Part shown: positions 29,315 through 42,069 of the stretch, piece after piece | Position numbering within the stretch: the stretch's first letter is position 1 | Layout of the letters: every line of letters begins with the position of its first letter | Origin: Chrysomallon squamiferum | Lineage: Eukaryota > Animalia > Mollusca | Reading direction: 5' to 3' | DNA length: 64,000 nt | Assembly: GCA_012295275.1 (NCBI GenBank) | Contig: CM022665.1 | Location: forward strand, 24,428,001 to 24,492,000 | Notes under the pieces: generated by a model | The model's input: the letters and a program-made list of their open reading frames with translations, nothing else | Database searches by the model: none | What the model was told of the DNA's origin: nothing | Program-made: the position numbers and the translations under genes

Positions 29315-30764
29315 ACACAGAAAATGCAGAAGAGACAGGACAAGATGAGCCGGAAACGATTTTCTCCGAAAACGAAAAAGATGCTCTTCAACGATCCTGG
29401 ACTCTGTTAATGAAAGATGACACCATGCTGGAGAATTGTTCTTACATGTTTTTTAAGTAACAACACCAATAACATATTATTATTATTATCATCATCATCA
29501 TCATCAGGGCCCAAGAGCTAAGAAGAGCCCTAAAGTAGCCATACAACATCCTTCCTCCCTAGACAACAAGCGCTTTCTCCTACCCCCAGCCCGACATACG
29601 CTTACATTCACATACACAAACATCACTGTACTTATCACACCACACACACTTCTTTTTATTAGTGTTTTGAGAAAAGCCTTTGCCTGTCTCGGGGCCCCAA
29701 AGGGGTCTTGTACCGCCTTGCAAAATTTCTCTTGGAGGCCCTGATCATTATGACATTATTATTACTACTTTAATTATTATTATTGTTGTTACTGTTATTG
29801 TGCTTGTTATTATTATATTTATTATTATTATAATTTTTATTAATTATTACTATGTTGATGATGAAGATTATTATTATTATTATTATTATTATTATTTATT
29901 ATTATTATTTCATTATAGTTCAGTTAAGATTAATTCAGTTAAGTTCACTATATTTCAGATCTGTTCATTTCAGTCCGATTCAGTTAAATTCACTTAAATT
30001 TATTTTAGTTCAGTTCAAATAGTTTTGCTTAAGTTCAGTTCACTTCACTTCATATGAATTTATTTAAATGAAAATATTTCAGTTTAGCTGGTATGCATTA
30101 AATTCAAATTCATAATCTAAACATTTACGACAAATAGATTATCTTTCTATTTTATTACTTGTCTCATCTCTTTTTCTGTCTATTTTTGAATTCTCCCTCC
30201 AGTCCATGTTTCTGTCTGTCTATCTATCTATCTATCTATCTATCTATCCATCTGTCTATGTCTCTCTGTTTATGTGTCTGTATACCTGTCTCTCTATCTC
30301 TGTAACACCTTCATACTCATTAATTCATTTTAACACTAACCTTCTCTTTTCATTTGTCGGTAACCTAATTTTACCTACTTTCTGAAAATTATATATTTAT
30401 TTATTTATTTATTTATTATTCTCTCTTTCAGCTTTTTTGCAAAATACCCAGATTTAGCAAAACTGTTTTCTTTCAATACGCCATTAGTTGTAACTCCTCT
30501 CAATTACAAAGAAAACCGAGAATTTTGCAGTTTCGTTAGAAAAATGTTCTTAGAAACAATCGGTTCCTACATACAGAAACTGGACAAAATTTCCGAAATG
30601 GAGCATGCTTTAGAAAATCTAGGTTCTGATCATTATTATTTTGGTCTTAAAAAGGAAGATCTTGATGTAAGTATGTTTACTTGATAATAAAACTATCAAA
30701 CAGTGTGACGGTATAAATTCTTGCACATACACTGTGAATGTACGATGTATGCAGAGAAAGAATG

Positions 30765-30798
<34 letters not shown>

Positions 30799-33050
30799 GA
30801 TAATACGCAGCTAATTTTAAATCATACATCCATCCATACATACATACATACATACATACATACACATAAATATAGTCATATATCCATCTATACATACATA
30901 CATACATACATACATACATACATACATACATTCATACATATACACATACATACATACATACATACATACATACATACATGCTATACATATACATACATAC
31001 ATACATGCATATATACATGCTATACTCATACATACATACATATATACATGCACACATACATGCTATACTCATACATACATACATACACACATACATACAT
31101 GCATACATCTATACATACATCCACATACACCTTTTTCTATCTACACACCCACACACACACACAGTCATCTATCTTTCTATCTCTCTACCCATCTTATCTT
31201 ATTAAACATTTTCACTGATGTGCGTATCAGTGTGTCATACTGAAGATGAAGAGAAAACGAAACACATTCTTCTTACCGTTTACACCTTTCAGTGTTCAAA
31301 TGACCTTTTTACATTAGAAGTAAATCAAACGTGATCTCTGCTACCAAAATATTCTAAGTGAAATTTCTTTTATGATTTATTTCGTCATCTATTTTCTTCG
31401 CCCTTTTTCACATGAGTGCCCTTATTGATTGGTTTCGTCGCATCGGTAATTTCATCTAGATAAGACCTCATAGTTAAGTGTAAATACTTCAGTACGGCTC
31501 GCATAACAAAGCATTCTAGATACATAGAAAGTACGCTTTTGTACTAAACATCGCAACAGCTATCAGTTCGACTGTTTACAATGGAACAAAAAATTCACGG
31601 TATGTGTTGACAAATTATTAAAAAAATATATTAAAAAAATATGTGTGTCTTATCAGGATCCGTTTAAAGCCTGTTTCTTGAATGTTCCTATACGAAAGAC
31701 AAATCTAGTAACAAAACCAAAACAAATATTAATAATAATAAAAAAATAAATAAAAAAATACAGTAATTTATTATTACATGAATTATTACTATTATTATTA
31801 TTATTGTTGTTGTTGCTGTTGTTATTATCATTATTTTTTCTCCATTTCCCACTATATTATTGTAGATCGGTTCATTCGCATGCATGCCAAATACAATAGT
31901 TTATTAATAGTAATTATTGTTACCATGGTCAAAATAGTATAAACAGCTGCGGTAGTAGTAGTAGTCGTAGAAGCAGTAGTAGTAGTTGTTATTGTTGTTG
32001 ATGTAGCAGTAGTAAATGTACTAGATGTGATGATAGCAAGATAGTTATACTGGTGTTAATAGTAGTATTAGTTGTATTAATAGTAATAGTAGTAAAACTA
32101 GCAGTATTAGCAGTAATAAATGTGTTAGAAGTAATTATAGCAATGATATGAGTAGCAGAAGTAGTAGCAGTAGAAATAGCAGTAGTAGTAGAACTGCAGC
32201 AATAGTAGCAGTATTAGTAATAGTATTAATGGTATTAGTAGTAATTAAAGTAAAATTAGTAGTAATAGCAGTAGAAGTAGCAGTAGTAGCAGTATTAGTA
32301 GTTATAGAAGTAAATATGCTAGATGTCATGATAGTTATTACGGTGTTAGTAATAGTATTAGTTGTATTAGTAGTAATAGTAGTAATAGCAGTAGTGGTAG
32401 TAGCAGTAGTAAATGTATTAGAAGTAATTATAGCAGTGATATTATTACTTACAGCAGTGGTAGTAGTATTAGTAATAATAGTGCAGTAGTTGTGGTAGTA
32501 GTACTACTAGTAAATGTACTAAAAGTAATTATGTAGTAATGGTAGTATTAGTTATTTGGTAGCAGTAGCTGTGTAAGTATTAGTTGTATCAGAAGTAATA
32601 GTAGTAAAATTAGTAGTAATACCAGTAATAAATGTATTAGAAGTAATTATAGCACTGATAATACTAGTTACAACAGTAGCAGTAGTAATAATAGTGGCAG
32701 TAGTAGTAGTAGTACTAAAAGTAATTATGGTTATGACAGTATTAATTATATCTGTATATTAATTATAGCAGTAGCTGTAGTAGTAGTAGACGTAGTAGCT
32801 GTAGTAGTAGTAGTAGTAATAGTAGTAGTAGTAATAGCTGTGGTAGTACATTTGTTTTAGAAATACAAGTAATATAAAAATGTTATTTCAGAAAATGTGT
32901 GATTCTCTGTTGTACGCAATACGTCGCACACTTGGTTCAAAATTCGACGAAGAGATAAAGAAGGCCTGGATACATTTTTATTCTCATCTCACAGAAATTA
33001 TGAAGAAAGGCCTTGAAGACAAACGCAAAACGGAATATGTCAATGCCTAA
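29315..33050 (+). CDS. Globin 2: divergent single-domain globin (PheE7); join(29315..29456,30432..30666,32892..33050), probably preceded by coding micro-exon 27936..27954 (184 aa total)
   Basis: Spliced translation: ..TENAEETGQDEPETIFSENEKDALQRSWTLLMKDDTMLENCSYMFFN|FFAKYPDLAKLFSFNTPLVVTPLNYKENREFCSFVRKMFLETIGSYIQKLDKISEMEHALENLGSDHYYFGLKKEDLD|KMCDSLLYAIRRTLGSKFDEEIKKAWIHFYSHLTEIMKKGLEDKRKTEYVNA*. Same intron positions and phases as the paralogs, with no stops or frameshifts. There is no in-frame ATG before the A helix in this exon, so the start lies upstream. Missed by the ORF track. Confidence 0.92.
29505..29743. mobile_element. MITE-like insertion in the B12.2 intron of globin 2
   Basis: Imperfect terminal inverted repeats CAGGGCCCAAGAG / CTCTTGGAGGCCCTG; flanks atcatcat/atcattat (possible 8-bp TSD, but inside an ATC microsatellite). 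Confidence 0.55.
30825..31130. repeat. (CATA)n microsatellite
   Basis: Direct inspection. Confidence 0.9.
31950..32850. repeat. Degenerate (TAG/TAA/CAG)n low-complexity array with higher-order units, in the G7.0 intron of globin 2
   Basis: Recurring gtaaatgtattagaagtaattatagca blocks within (AGT)n. Confidence 0.8.
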
Positions 33051-33138
33051 CATTCTAAAGTTATTACTGTTTTTCTTGCAAGCGATCGTGTCTATTAAAT
33101 AGTGATTAAAATGTTAGTAACTCATTTCTGTGTCTGTT

Positions 33139-33170
<32 letters not shown>

Positions 33171-33204
33171 GTTGAAAAGAAACTGAATGAGTGAAAAAGA
33201 AGAG

Positions 33205-33349
<145 letters not shown>

Positions 33350-33889
33350 CCTAAGTGAAATAACGAACATAAAATTGAAAAATCCATACATTCGTCTATA
33401 CATACATACATACATATAAATTAATTTATAAATAAATTTATTTTCCACAATATATACAAATAGCGTACTGTTACAAATATTAACAGTGATATGTGTATAT
33501 GCAAATAAAAGACACATTTATCTCTACGTTCATTAAAGATAAATCGGCTATCCAGTGTTTGTGTTTTAGACGCCCATCCAGTCTGCATGGAATACCGTGA
33601 CTTTTATTTACTTTGGTAGAGAGAAAGAAGATCAGTAGATGTCAAGTAATGAGATATTTATAAAATATATGTGATCGTTGTCTATATAAAATTTCAAAAA
33701 TAAAAAGCAATGAGTTGTGAGAAAACAATGTTTATGTTAAAATAAATATCTCGATTAAAAAATATATGCAGAAGCTTTGAGACCAAATCAAATCATATTG
33801 AACTTTAGAGTACATAAATATTACGTATGCAACATACATAGCAGATATTTAATTATTTAATTACAAGCTTAGGACAGTCAGCATGTATT

Positions 33890-33993
<104 letters not shown>

Positions 33994-35859
33994 GACGCAC
34001 ACAATCAAGATAGGAGTCAATATAATAAACATCTATTTTTCATTATTCTTTCCGTTTACTTTCAGTTTTATTTGTTCCAAGGAAGGCGACGAAACCCACT
34101 CATACATTATATTCACCCACAACACACAGTCAAATATACTGGTATACATACGTGTTTAAACACACACATACATACGTGCATACACACAAATCTTGGAAAA
34201 CACAATATGTACATGCAGACAAGCACATTTACCCTTTAGCGTAGCATATATTTTTTTTTTAAAAACACAATTGAATTCCTCAAAAACAGAAACAGGTTAC
34301 CATAAACAAAATGTATTCAAACTCAAGCCCCTCCAGCATTCCTTCAGTTGTTTAAATGCTACCTGTCAGGACACACGTACACACAGCCACAAACCAAACA
34401 TAATTATAACAACATAACACACAATTACACCCAGATCATTCAAACACGGGGTACCATTCAAACACGTCACCGCCAAACAAAACAAAACGGCTGCACAGAC
34501 TGTTAACCAGATATAATCTAATTGAAAGATTTTTTTTTCTGATAAATTTGACCCGTAACTTTTAATATATATCTTTATTCTTCTATTAATTATTTATTTG
34601 TATATTTTTCCTTCTGATAATTCTTTTTTGATAACCTTCATCGGTTTATATATTTTTTTTTTTTTTAATTTTTTTTAATTTGTTAAATTATTTATACAAG
34701 ACACGTCCAGTGGGTGTGTTTAGTAAGCAATGGATGGTGGGGTGTTTTTTTAGTTCGTGGAGTACTTTACAAATGATAGTAGTCACAGTTTACAAACAGT
34801 TTTAAGTCCACTGGTGAAAGGAGTAAACCTTACGATATCCATTTTTGAATATAAAATATTCTGTTTAAACACATTTTTCACTTAATCATGAAATTTTTCT
34901 CCATCAGTAGTTCAGTTTTTCTTTTTTTGTTGTGTTTGTTTTTTGTTTTGTTTTTTATTGTTTGTTTGGGGTTCTTTGTTGTTGTTTCTTTAAATGGTTT
35001 TTGAAAAGATAACTAAAAAGAGAGTATTATCGTGTAAAGGAAAATGATATAATAAAGGTGGGGAGGGGTTTGTTGTTGTTTTTTGTATTTTTAATATTTT
35101 TTTTATTTTTTATTAATTAAGTAAAGAAAAAAGAAAAGACAAAAGGAAGTAAATAAATGAGAAAAAGTTAAATAAAGAAAAAACAGAAAAAAGAAGACCT
35201 AAAAAGAAAACATAATTAAAAGAAAGAAAGTAAGAAAAGTGAGTATATTTTTAGATATAATTATTTATTTTTGATTATTATTATTTTTATTTTTTCCTTT
35301 GTTGTTGTTGTTGTTGCTGCTGCAGCTGCTGCTGGTGCTCCTGCTGCTACTACTGTTTGTGGTGGACGTATATTTTATTTCTGTTTAGTTGCGTTTTCGC
35401 GCTCTTAAAAACAAAATCCACACAACGGTGCATTCGGCTCCGTTAATTGTACACCAGTTTGTTGTATCTGCGAAACTATGCAATGTTTGTCCACAGATAT
35501 CACAAAAACCATGACCTGTACCTGTGATAAAATAGTTTTTTTCCTTCACAAAGTAAAAAAATAAAATAAACTGAATTATAAGTCCTGTTGTGTACAAGCT
35601 GGGGAACACGGGTTTAAGTGTCTGTGTTATTGTTTGGGGAGAAAAGAATGTTAACGTATTTCGGTTGTATAGAATTTCGTCTTCTTTTCTTTTCTTTAAA
35701 AAAAAATAAAAAATAAAATACAGAAATACAAAAAAAATAAAAGAAAGAAGAAGACTGTAATGTCACTAACTGTGATGGATATTTTCGGTCATGGTATAGA
35801 AATAACAACAACAGACAGAGAAAAAAGTGGAAAAAGGCCAAAAAGGCAAAAACAAAATA

Positions 35860-35924
<65 letters not shown>

Positions 35925-37639
35925 CTTCAAAAAGAAAGAAAAAAGAAGTGAATATTAAAGAAAACATTCTAAATTTGGGACAAAGTATAAACTGAAACAT
36001 AAAATTAACACTGCGGATAAAAACGATTTTTAAAACATTTCAGTTTATTGAGTTTCTAATAATTTTTAGTTTTTCAGCATGAAAATTGGAAAAATGTTTT
36101 ATAGGAAACTGAAAATGCATCTTTTTTAATATACATTTTATGTGTCTGATTCTAGCATTTATTTATTTATTTATTTATATGCCTAAAGTACATAGCAGAA
36201 AACTAGGTTAATGAATATTTATATTTCCAGAATTAAACAAATAAATTTTAACAGCTGTTCTCTTATTATTAAAGCATGTATTTTGACGTTTTCATGTTGT
36301 ATGGTTGATATACTAATTATTATTTTCTTTTATCTGCATACACATAAAAGATGCATTGCTGCAATATATATATGTATATATATATTTTTTTTTTTTTTCA
36401 TTTTATTATTTATTAGTGGCATTTTAAAGGGGTAAAAGTTTTGGTTTCATTTTTTTTATTTGATTATTATTCTTTTGTAATTTTCTTTTTATTTAATTTT
36501 ACTATCATTTATTTATTTATTTATTTATTTATTTGTTGTTATTACTATTATTATTGTTGTTGTTTTTGTTGAGGTAGATACTGTTGTTGTAGTTGTTATT
36601 ATGTTACTCTTGCTGTTGTTAATACTATCGATCTTATCATGATGATCACGCTGGTTACTGTTATTGTCATTAATGTCATTTTGCACTCAGTGGTATTATG
36701 TTACCAAATGAGCCCAACCAAACAAGTCATCAAATAATACGACTGTCAACAATGAGAGAGACAATGCAAAAAGATAATCTCTGCGCATAATTGAGAAAGA
36801 AAAAAAACCCAGACAAAACAAATATGACCTTCACTAATCACCAAACTCAAAATGCAAAGTCAAAAATACACGCTGGTTCATGTAGGTTAAATAAAAAAAA
36901 AAAAAAAATTGTCAGCGTGAAAATATTAACTTATTTCTTTTGTAAAAGACGTATAATCTTTAAAAGAATCATGACAAACAGAAGAACAGAAATCAGGTTA
37001 CAGATAAAATAAATAATAAATAGTCGACAAATTCATAATCGTTGTCTGTGAAATTGAGGTAAGGGGCCATTCGTAAAATACGTAGAAAGCCAGGGGGACG
37101 GGGAGGGTTTGTTCATGAATTATTAAACGACGAGTGTCCAAGGGAGAAGGGATTTCCTGACGGTGTACATGTGTTTGAATTCAACTGAAAAAAAACAGAG
37201 AAAAAAAAAACAGTATTAACTATTTAAATATCTGTTAGATGTGAGATGTGTATTAAAAATTAACTAAATTTTGTTTTGGTGTTTTTGTTGTTTGGTTAAT
37301 GTTTTATTGCTTTTTTTTTCTTTTTTTTTTTTTTTTTTTTTGTCCATTTTGTTTTGTTTTGTTGGGGTTTTTTTTGTTGCTGTTTGTGTGTATGTATGTG
37401 TGTGTTGTTGTTTGTTTCGTTTTTGCTGTTTTTTTTAACGTTTTTTTTTTTTTTTTTTTTTTTTTAATGTGTTAACGTTATCAGTGTTAAATATATGCAA
37501 ATCTGAATTTCTAATTACGTTTAACTTACTCTTTGTCTCAGGAATCTGATACTTGCCGTAAGATTTAGAGTAAGAGGCTCATATCAAACATATGTAATAC
37601 GGTGTAAAAAGATTAGAATATATTTTATAATTTGTCTAC

Positions 37640-37990
37640 ATATTATGTGTATATGAATTTTTTATATACGTATTTTGCATGTATATATTTTATGTGTACG
37701 TATTTTATATGTACATATTTTGTGTATATGTATTCTGTGTACATGAATTCTATTCACATATTTTGTGTTTATATATTTTGTGTAAATTTTACGTCTCCGT
37801 ATTTTTGTGTAAGCATTTTGGTTACATATTTTGTATGAATGTATTTTGACTTGTACGTATTTGTTTGTGTATAATTTTGTGTGTACGTATTTTGTGTGTA
37901 CGTATTTTGAGTGTACGTATTTTGAGTGTACGTATTTTGAATGCACGTATTTTGAGTGTAAATGTTTAACTGTGTGAACGTATTTTGTGA
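37640..37990. repeat. 15-bp minisatellite (gtgtacgtattttga-like)
   Basis: Near-perfect units at 37850-37960 decaying leftwards; produces the spurious ORF 37662..37946. Confidence 0.8.
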
Positions 37991-38338
37991 ATTTTCCTAA
38001 TAAAATTTAAACAATAATGAAATAACTGTGAGTAGGCGGATGCTTTTTCACGATGTGATATGAATTACATACACTCAAATGAATACATAGTCACGTGACT
38101 AGTCATGTCATGTTAGTGAATTTATTTTCTTCTTCAATTTATTAAACGTTTTCTTATGATACAGTATGTACTCACATAGAAAGCACATGCTTATTAACAC
38201 AGTTTTTAAACTTCTATAATAACAGTCAGTGTTTCTGATTGGTGATTTGTGAGGGTTTTTATGTGGGAAAGGTTGCTTTATATTGACTGTTTGCTTGTAT
38301 GTTTGTTTTGATTTTAGTTCGTTTTATTTTTTTTTTTT

Positions 38339-38376
<38 letters not shown>

Positions 38377-39017
38377 TTGATTTTTAAGTGGGAGAATGAC
38401 TGTAAAAAAAATATATGTAAATCCTCTGGATAATAAATGCTTTTTATGTTTTTTATTTCCAAGAGTGTAATTTTCATTGTTTGAAAACTTGGTTATACAT
38501 CTTAGTAGATTAAACGTTTATTTATATTAAAAAAAAAAACCAAAAAAACGTTTTAACCGACATATAATATTCTGTCCTTGTCTTAAAATTAATATTAGCT
38601 TTTTAAATAATTCAGTTAATTTTGGGGAAAACAAAAATTAGAAATGAACCTATGTTTCGCCATTAGCCATTAAAGGAAGAAATAAAAGAAGAAAGAAAGA
38701 AAGAAAGAAAAAAAAAAAAAAAAAGCAACTTTTATCTGTTTTTTTATTTTTTATTTTTCTCCCTCTTCGTTTTCCAGTTACACGAAGTACAGCGACATTT
38801 TCCCCATTGATAAACTGTGCTCGACATTACCTGTACTAAAGAGATTTTGTTTGATTTGGGTTAATCAGCAGAACGCTAGGTGGGGAGAACGTGTAATTTT
38901 TCAAAGATACTTCTCGCAGCTACACTCCGTTCCACACGTACGCCATTTTGAAAATTGAGGTAAATATTAAAATTTTCCAATAACTCATCGTACTATTGTC
39001 ATAACCTGTTTTGTTAG

Positions 39018-39154
39018 TGACGTTTTCGACACCAGGGGACGTTACGCATGAAAAAACAAAGACGTAGATAGTTGCTTGGTCATGCTATATAATGTAAGTA
39101 CCTCGGGTTTCGGCTGTTTTCTTTTCACTTCGTCAAAGGATTCCGATAAAGGAG
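39018..39154 (+). promoter_or_regulatory. Putative promoter and non-coding first exon of globin 3
   Basis: Conserved 53-bp block (39018-39070), TATATAA at 39086-39092 and strong donor GAG|GTAAGG at 39155. Architecture mirrored at 52123-52267. Confidence 0.7.
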
Positions 39155-41757
39155 GTAAGGAATAAGGTTTCATCTCTGTTTGTTTGGGGTTTTTATTTTA
39201 TTATTTTTATTTAACTCTGTTTCTTATCAGTAGCAGAGTATAATCTAAGTTAAATGTTTTTATATAACAACTTTCATCTGAATTACAAATGAAAAATGTT
39301 TGTAGTTTTTTAATTTTTTTAATTTTGCTCCTATAAATAATTATTATTTATTTTGTTTGACTCCTTTTATATGTGTATGTGTATGTTTTTCTTTCATTAA
39401 TTAAATTATTTATTTTATTTTACATATATATATTTAAATTTTATGTGCTATTATTATTGTTTAATTTTGTTGTTTTTATTTTGTAAAATTCGTATTGTTT
39501 TTGAATTCTTTTCAATTTTTAGAAAACAAATTTTTAATTCAAAATACGGTCAATAGATTAAACTGTTTATTCAGCATTATGCTGTTTTATTATTATTATT
39601 ATTTTTTTTTTAATGATTAATCTTGTTTTCTTATGTTTTAATTTATACATATGTATGTATCTAGATACACATACTCTTTTATTTTAATGACATACCAAAG
39701 TTTTTAGGGAGGTCCGTAGACATGCCCCGCTAGAAATTTTAAAAAAATTTAGTAAGTAAATTTCAAAGATTTGTTTTCCTCAGAATATGTCAAATGTTTA
39801 AACACGCAGATACCGCACATTACGATATAACTGCGAAAATTTCATACAGTTCAGATCGTCGTGCTATTTTACATATATATATATTTTTTTTTTTTACACA
39901 TCCTCGGACGAACATCGGCAAACTATGGGGTGTGCGTATGCACCCCTCGCGCCCTAGCACATATTCTCTGCACGTGCCTGGAATTTTATTTTCGACCAGG
40001 TCATAATAACGACTCAGCAGTTTGTTATAACCGTTTGTGCGATGTGATGTTTATTTATGCGCTGATACATATTAAAAATAATTATCATGCAAATGATGCA
40101 ATAAATTGCTGTATCATTATTATGCCGCACGTTTCGTCCAGGTCAAAGATAAAAGTTCACTTCAATTCAGTTCATTCAGTCTTGCCGCCGGCGTTAGACA
40201 GGTTGTAGTGTTTGCGCTCACCGATAATTTCATTTGACCTAAGTCATCTAAGGTGGGTATTTACTGTTCGACATTTGTAAGATTTTTTCTGTGCTATCGT
40301 CGTGGTATTTGTGATGCCCGGAGAAAAATACCAAGATGATGACATGTTTAGTCAAAATTAATTAATAGTAGCGAAGAATAATAAAAAGTGTTTTTTTTTT
40401 TTTTTCTTAATTTTTTAAATGTTAGAACTTTTTTTTTTTTAAAGAAAAGAAGAAAGAAAGAAAGAAAGACAAATAGAAAAGTAAATGTTTATTATAAATT
40501 TTTTAAATTTTATTTATTATTTAATTTTGAAATTACACATTATTTGTAAACTAGATCTTTTGAAATGCATATATTTTGTTAGGTAATTTTGAAACTGACG
40601 TTTAACAGGTTCTTCATTATGCTGTAGGCTTCTTTCTTTTCTTTTTCTGTTTTGTTGCTGTGTTGTTCTTGTTATTTTTTATTTTTTATTTTTTGTTTTA
40701 TTATAATAATGATATCAGGGAAGAAATCAGATACCATTTCGCTATTCTTATCAATTAGCAGCACGTATATGTACTTCCAGTGAAGCGTAAAGCAGATAGT
40801 ACATCTTTTGCTATTTTAGTCACGGCGTATTGGTTGGAATGGGAAACACGCCAAGTACCGCACCGAGAAGTATTGATCCTAGACAAATAAAGGAACAAAT
40901 ATTTTATTTCACTGCGCATCAATACATTTGAATCCACTGTTACGTGACGTCACTACATATGGCTCAGTACCGTACAGATAATGAGAGAGGAAACGTATTG
41001 CCTATATGCGATTAACTTCTTGATTTCGATTTGTATGAAGGAACATTTTATATGTACTTTCCCGTAGAAAAGAAAGTACATAAATCGCTCGATGATCCAA
41101 TTTCGGGACATTAACAGGGAAAACAGAAATAGCGCAAAATGGCACACCTTGATAGATTGGTCCTGAGATATATCATACATCAGCACTCCAGTGTAATTAT
41201 CTAGCTTTTCCTCAACTACTACTAAATACAGTCGTCAGCTTTTTAATGTGTGTTGTCAAACGAAGCGAAAAGCTGGTACGTTATTAGGGATGGGTGACGT
41301 TTACTGTATATACACGTCTTATGTCGGCGACGTTTGGATGATCCGTACAGTTATACAATACACATTCATATTCATAGCGAGCAGCAGTTCAGTTCTTTAA
41401 GGGGGCGCATCTAGTCTGAAGGATCGTAGGATCGAACCCGCTAAATACAACGGATGGTTTATTTCTTTTTCCGGCAAAAACGCGAGAATACCAACAAGCC
41501 GGTTTCACTATTTTCTATTTTAGTAAAGATTTTGTTGTGAAAAAAATTGTTTTTTAAACAACGTAAGAGTTTTCATTGCGGCACTAATTAAACAAAAATT
41601 AATACATTTTTTTTTTCTCTGACCTAGACTTTATCCTCGTTGGGTTTTTTTTTTTTTTTTAAATTTTATAAAATGCGTTCGTTTAACAACCAGTCTCCAA
41701 AAAAAATGTTCAGTAAAGAAATTACTTTTTTTCACTTCAGACTAAAAAGAACTCAAT

Positions 41758-42038
41758 ATGTCCGCCAAGACTTTCACTGACAAGGAAAAGCAGATTCTAC
41801 GACAGACCTGGAAACAGTTCAACGAAGGTGACAAAGTCGAGAATGGAGCTCATATGTACTTCAGGTAAACAGCTTGTTTAAAACAATAGTTACTAAAGAA
41901 GGGGCGGATCCTGAATTTAAAAAAAAAAAAAAAATAAAGAAATGAAATTATTATTTAATCACTGAAAAATGAAGCAGAAAATCATGGGATGAAAGTATAT
42001 ACACCTTAAGCTACAAAATGAATAAGTATGTTTAAAGG

Positions 42039-42069
<31 letters not shown>

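Noticed and set aside
29324-29410. ATG at 29324 (MQKRQDKMSRKRF...) as the start of globin 2
   Set aside because: Out of frame with the globin and terminates at TAA 29408-29410.
32135-32489. Hydrophobic 113-aa ORF resembling a membrane protein
   Set aside because: Derives from the (TAG)n-like array inside a globin 2 intron.
37062-37165. Possible DNA-transposon terminus (aggggccattcgtaaaatacgt)
   Set aside because: No matching second TIR or TSD found; too decayed to call.
37662-37946. Repetitive YVHSK ORF / CRISPR-like periodicity
   Set aside because: 15-bp minisatellite without unique spacers, in a eukaryotic genome.
41400-41445. Possible tRNA gene (B-box-like ggatcgaaccc)
   Set aside because: No cloverleaf can be formed; at most a decayed SINE head.
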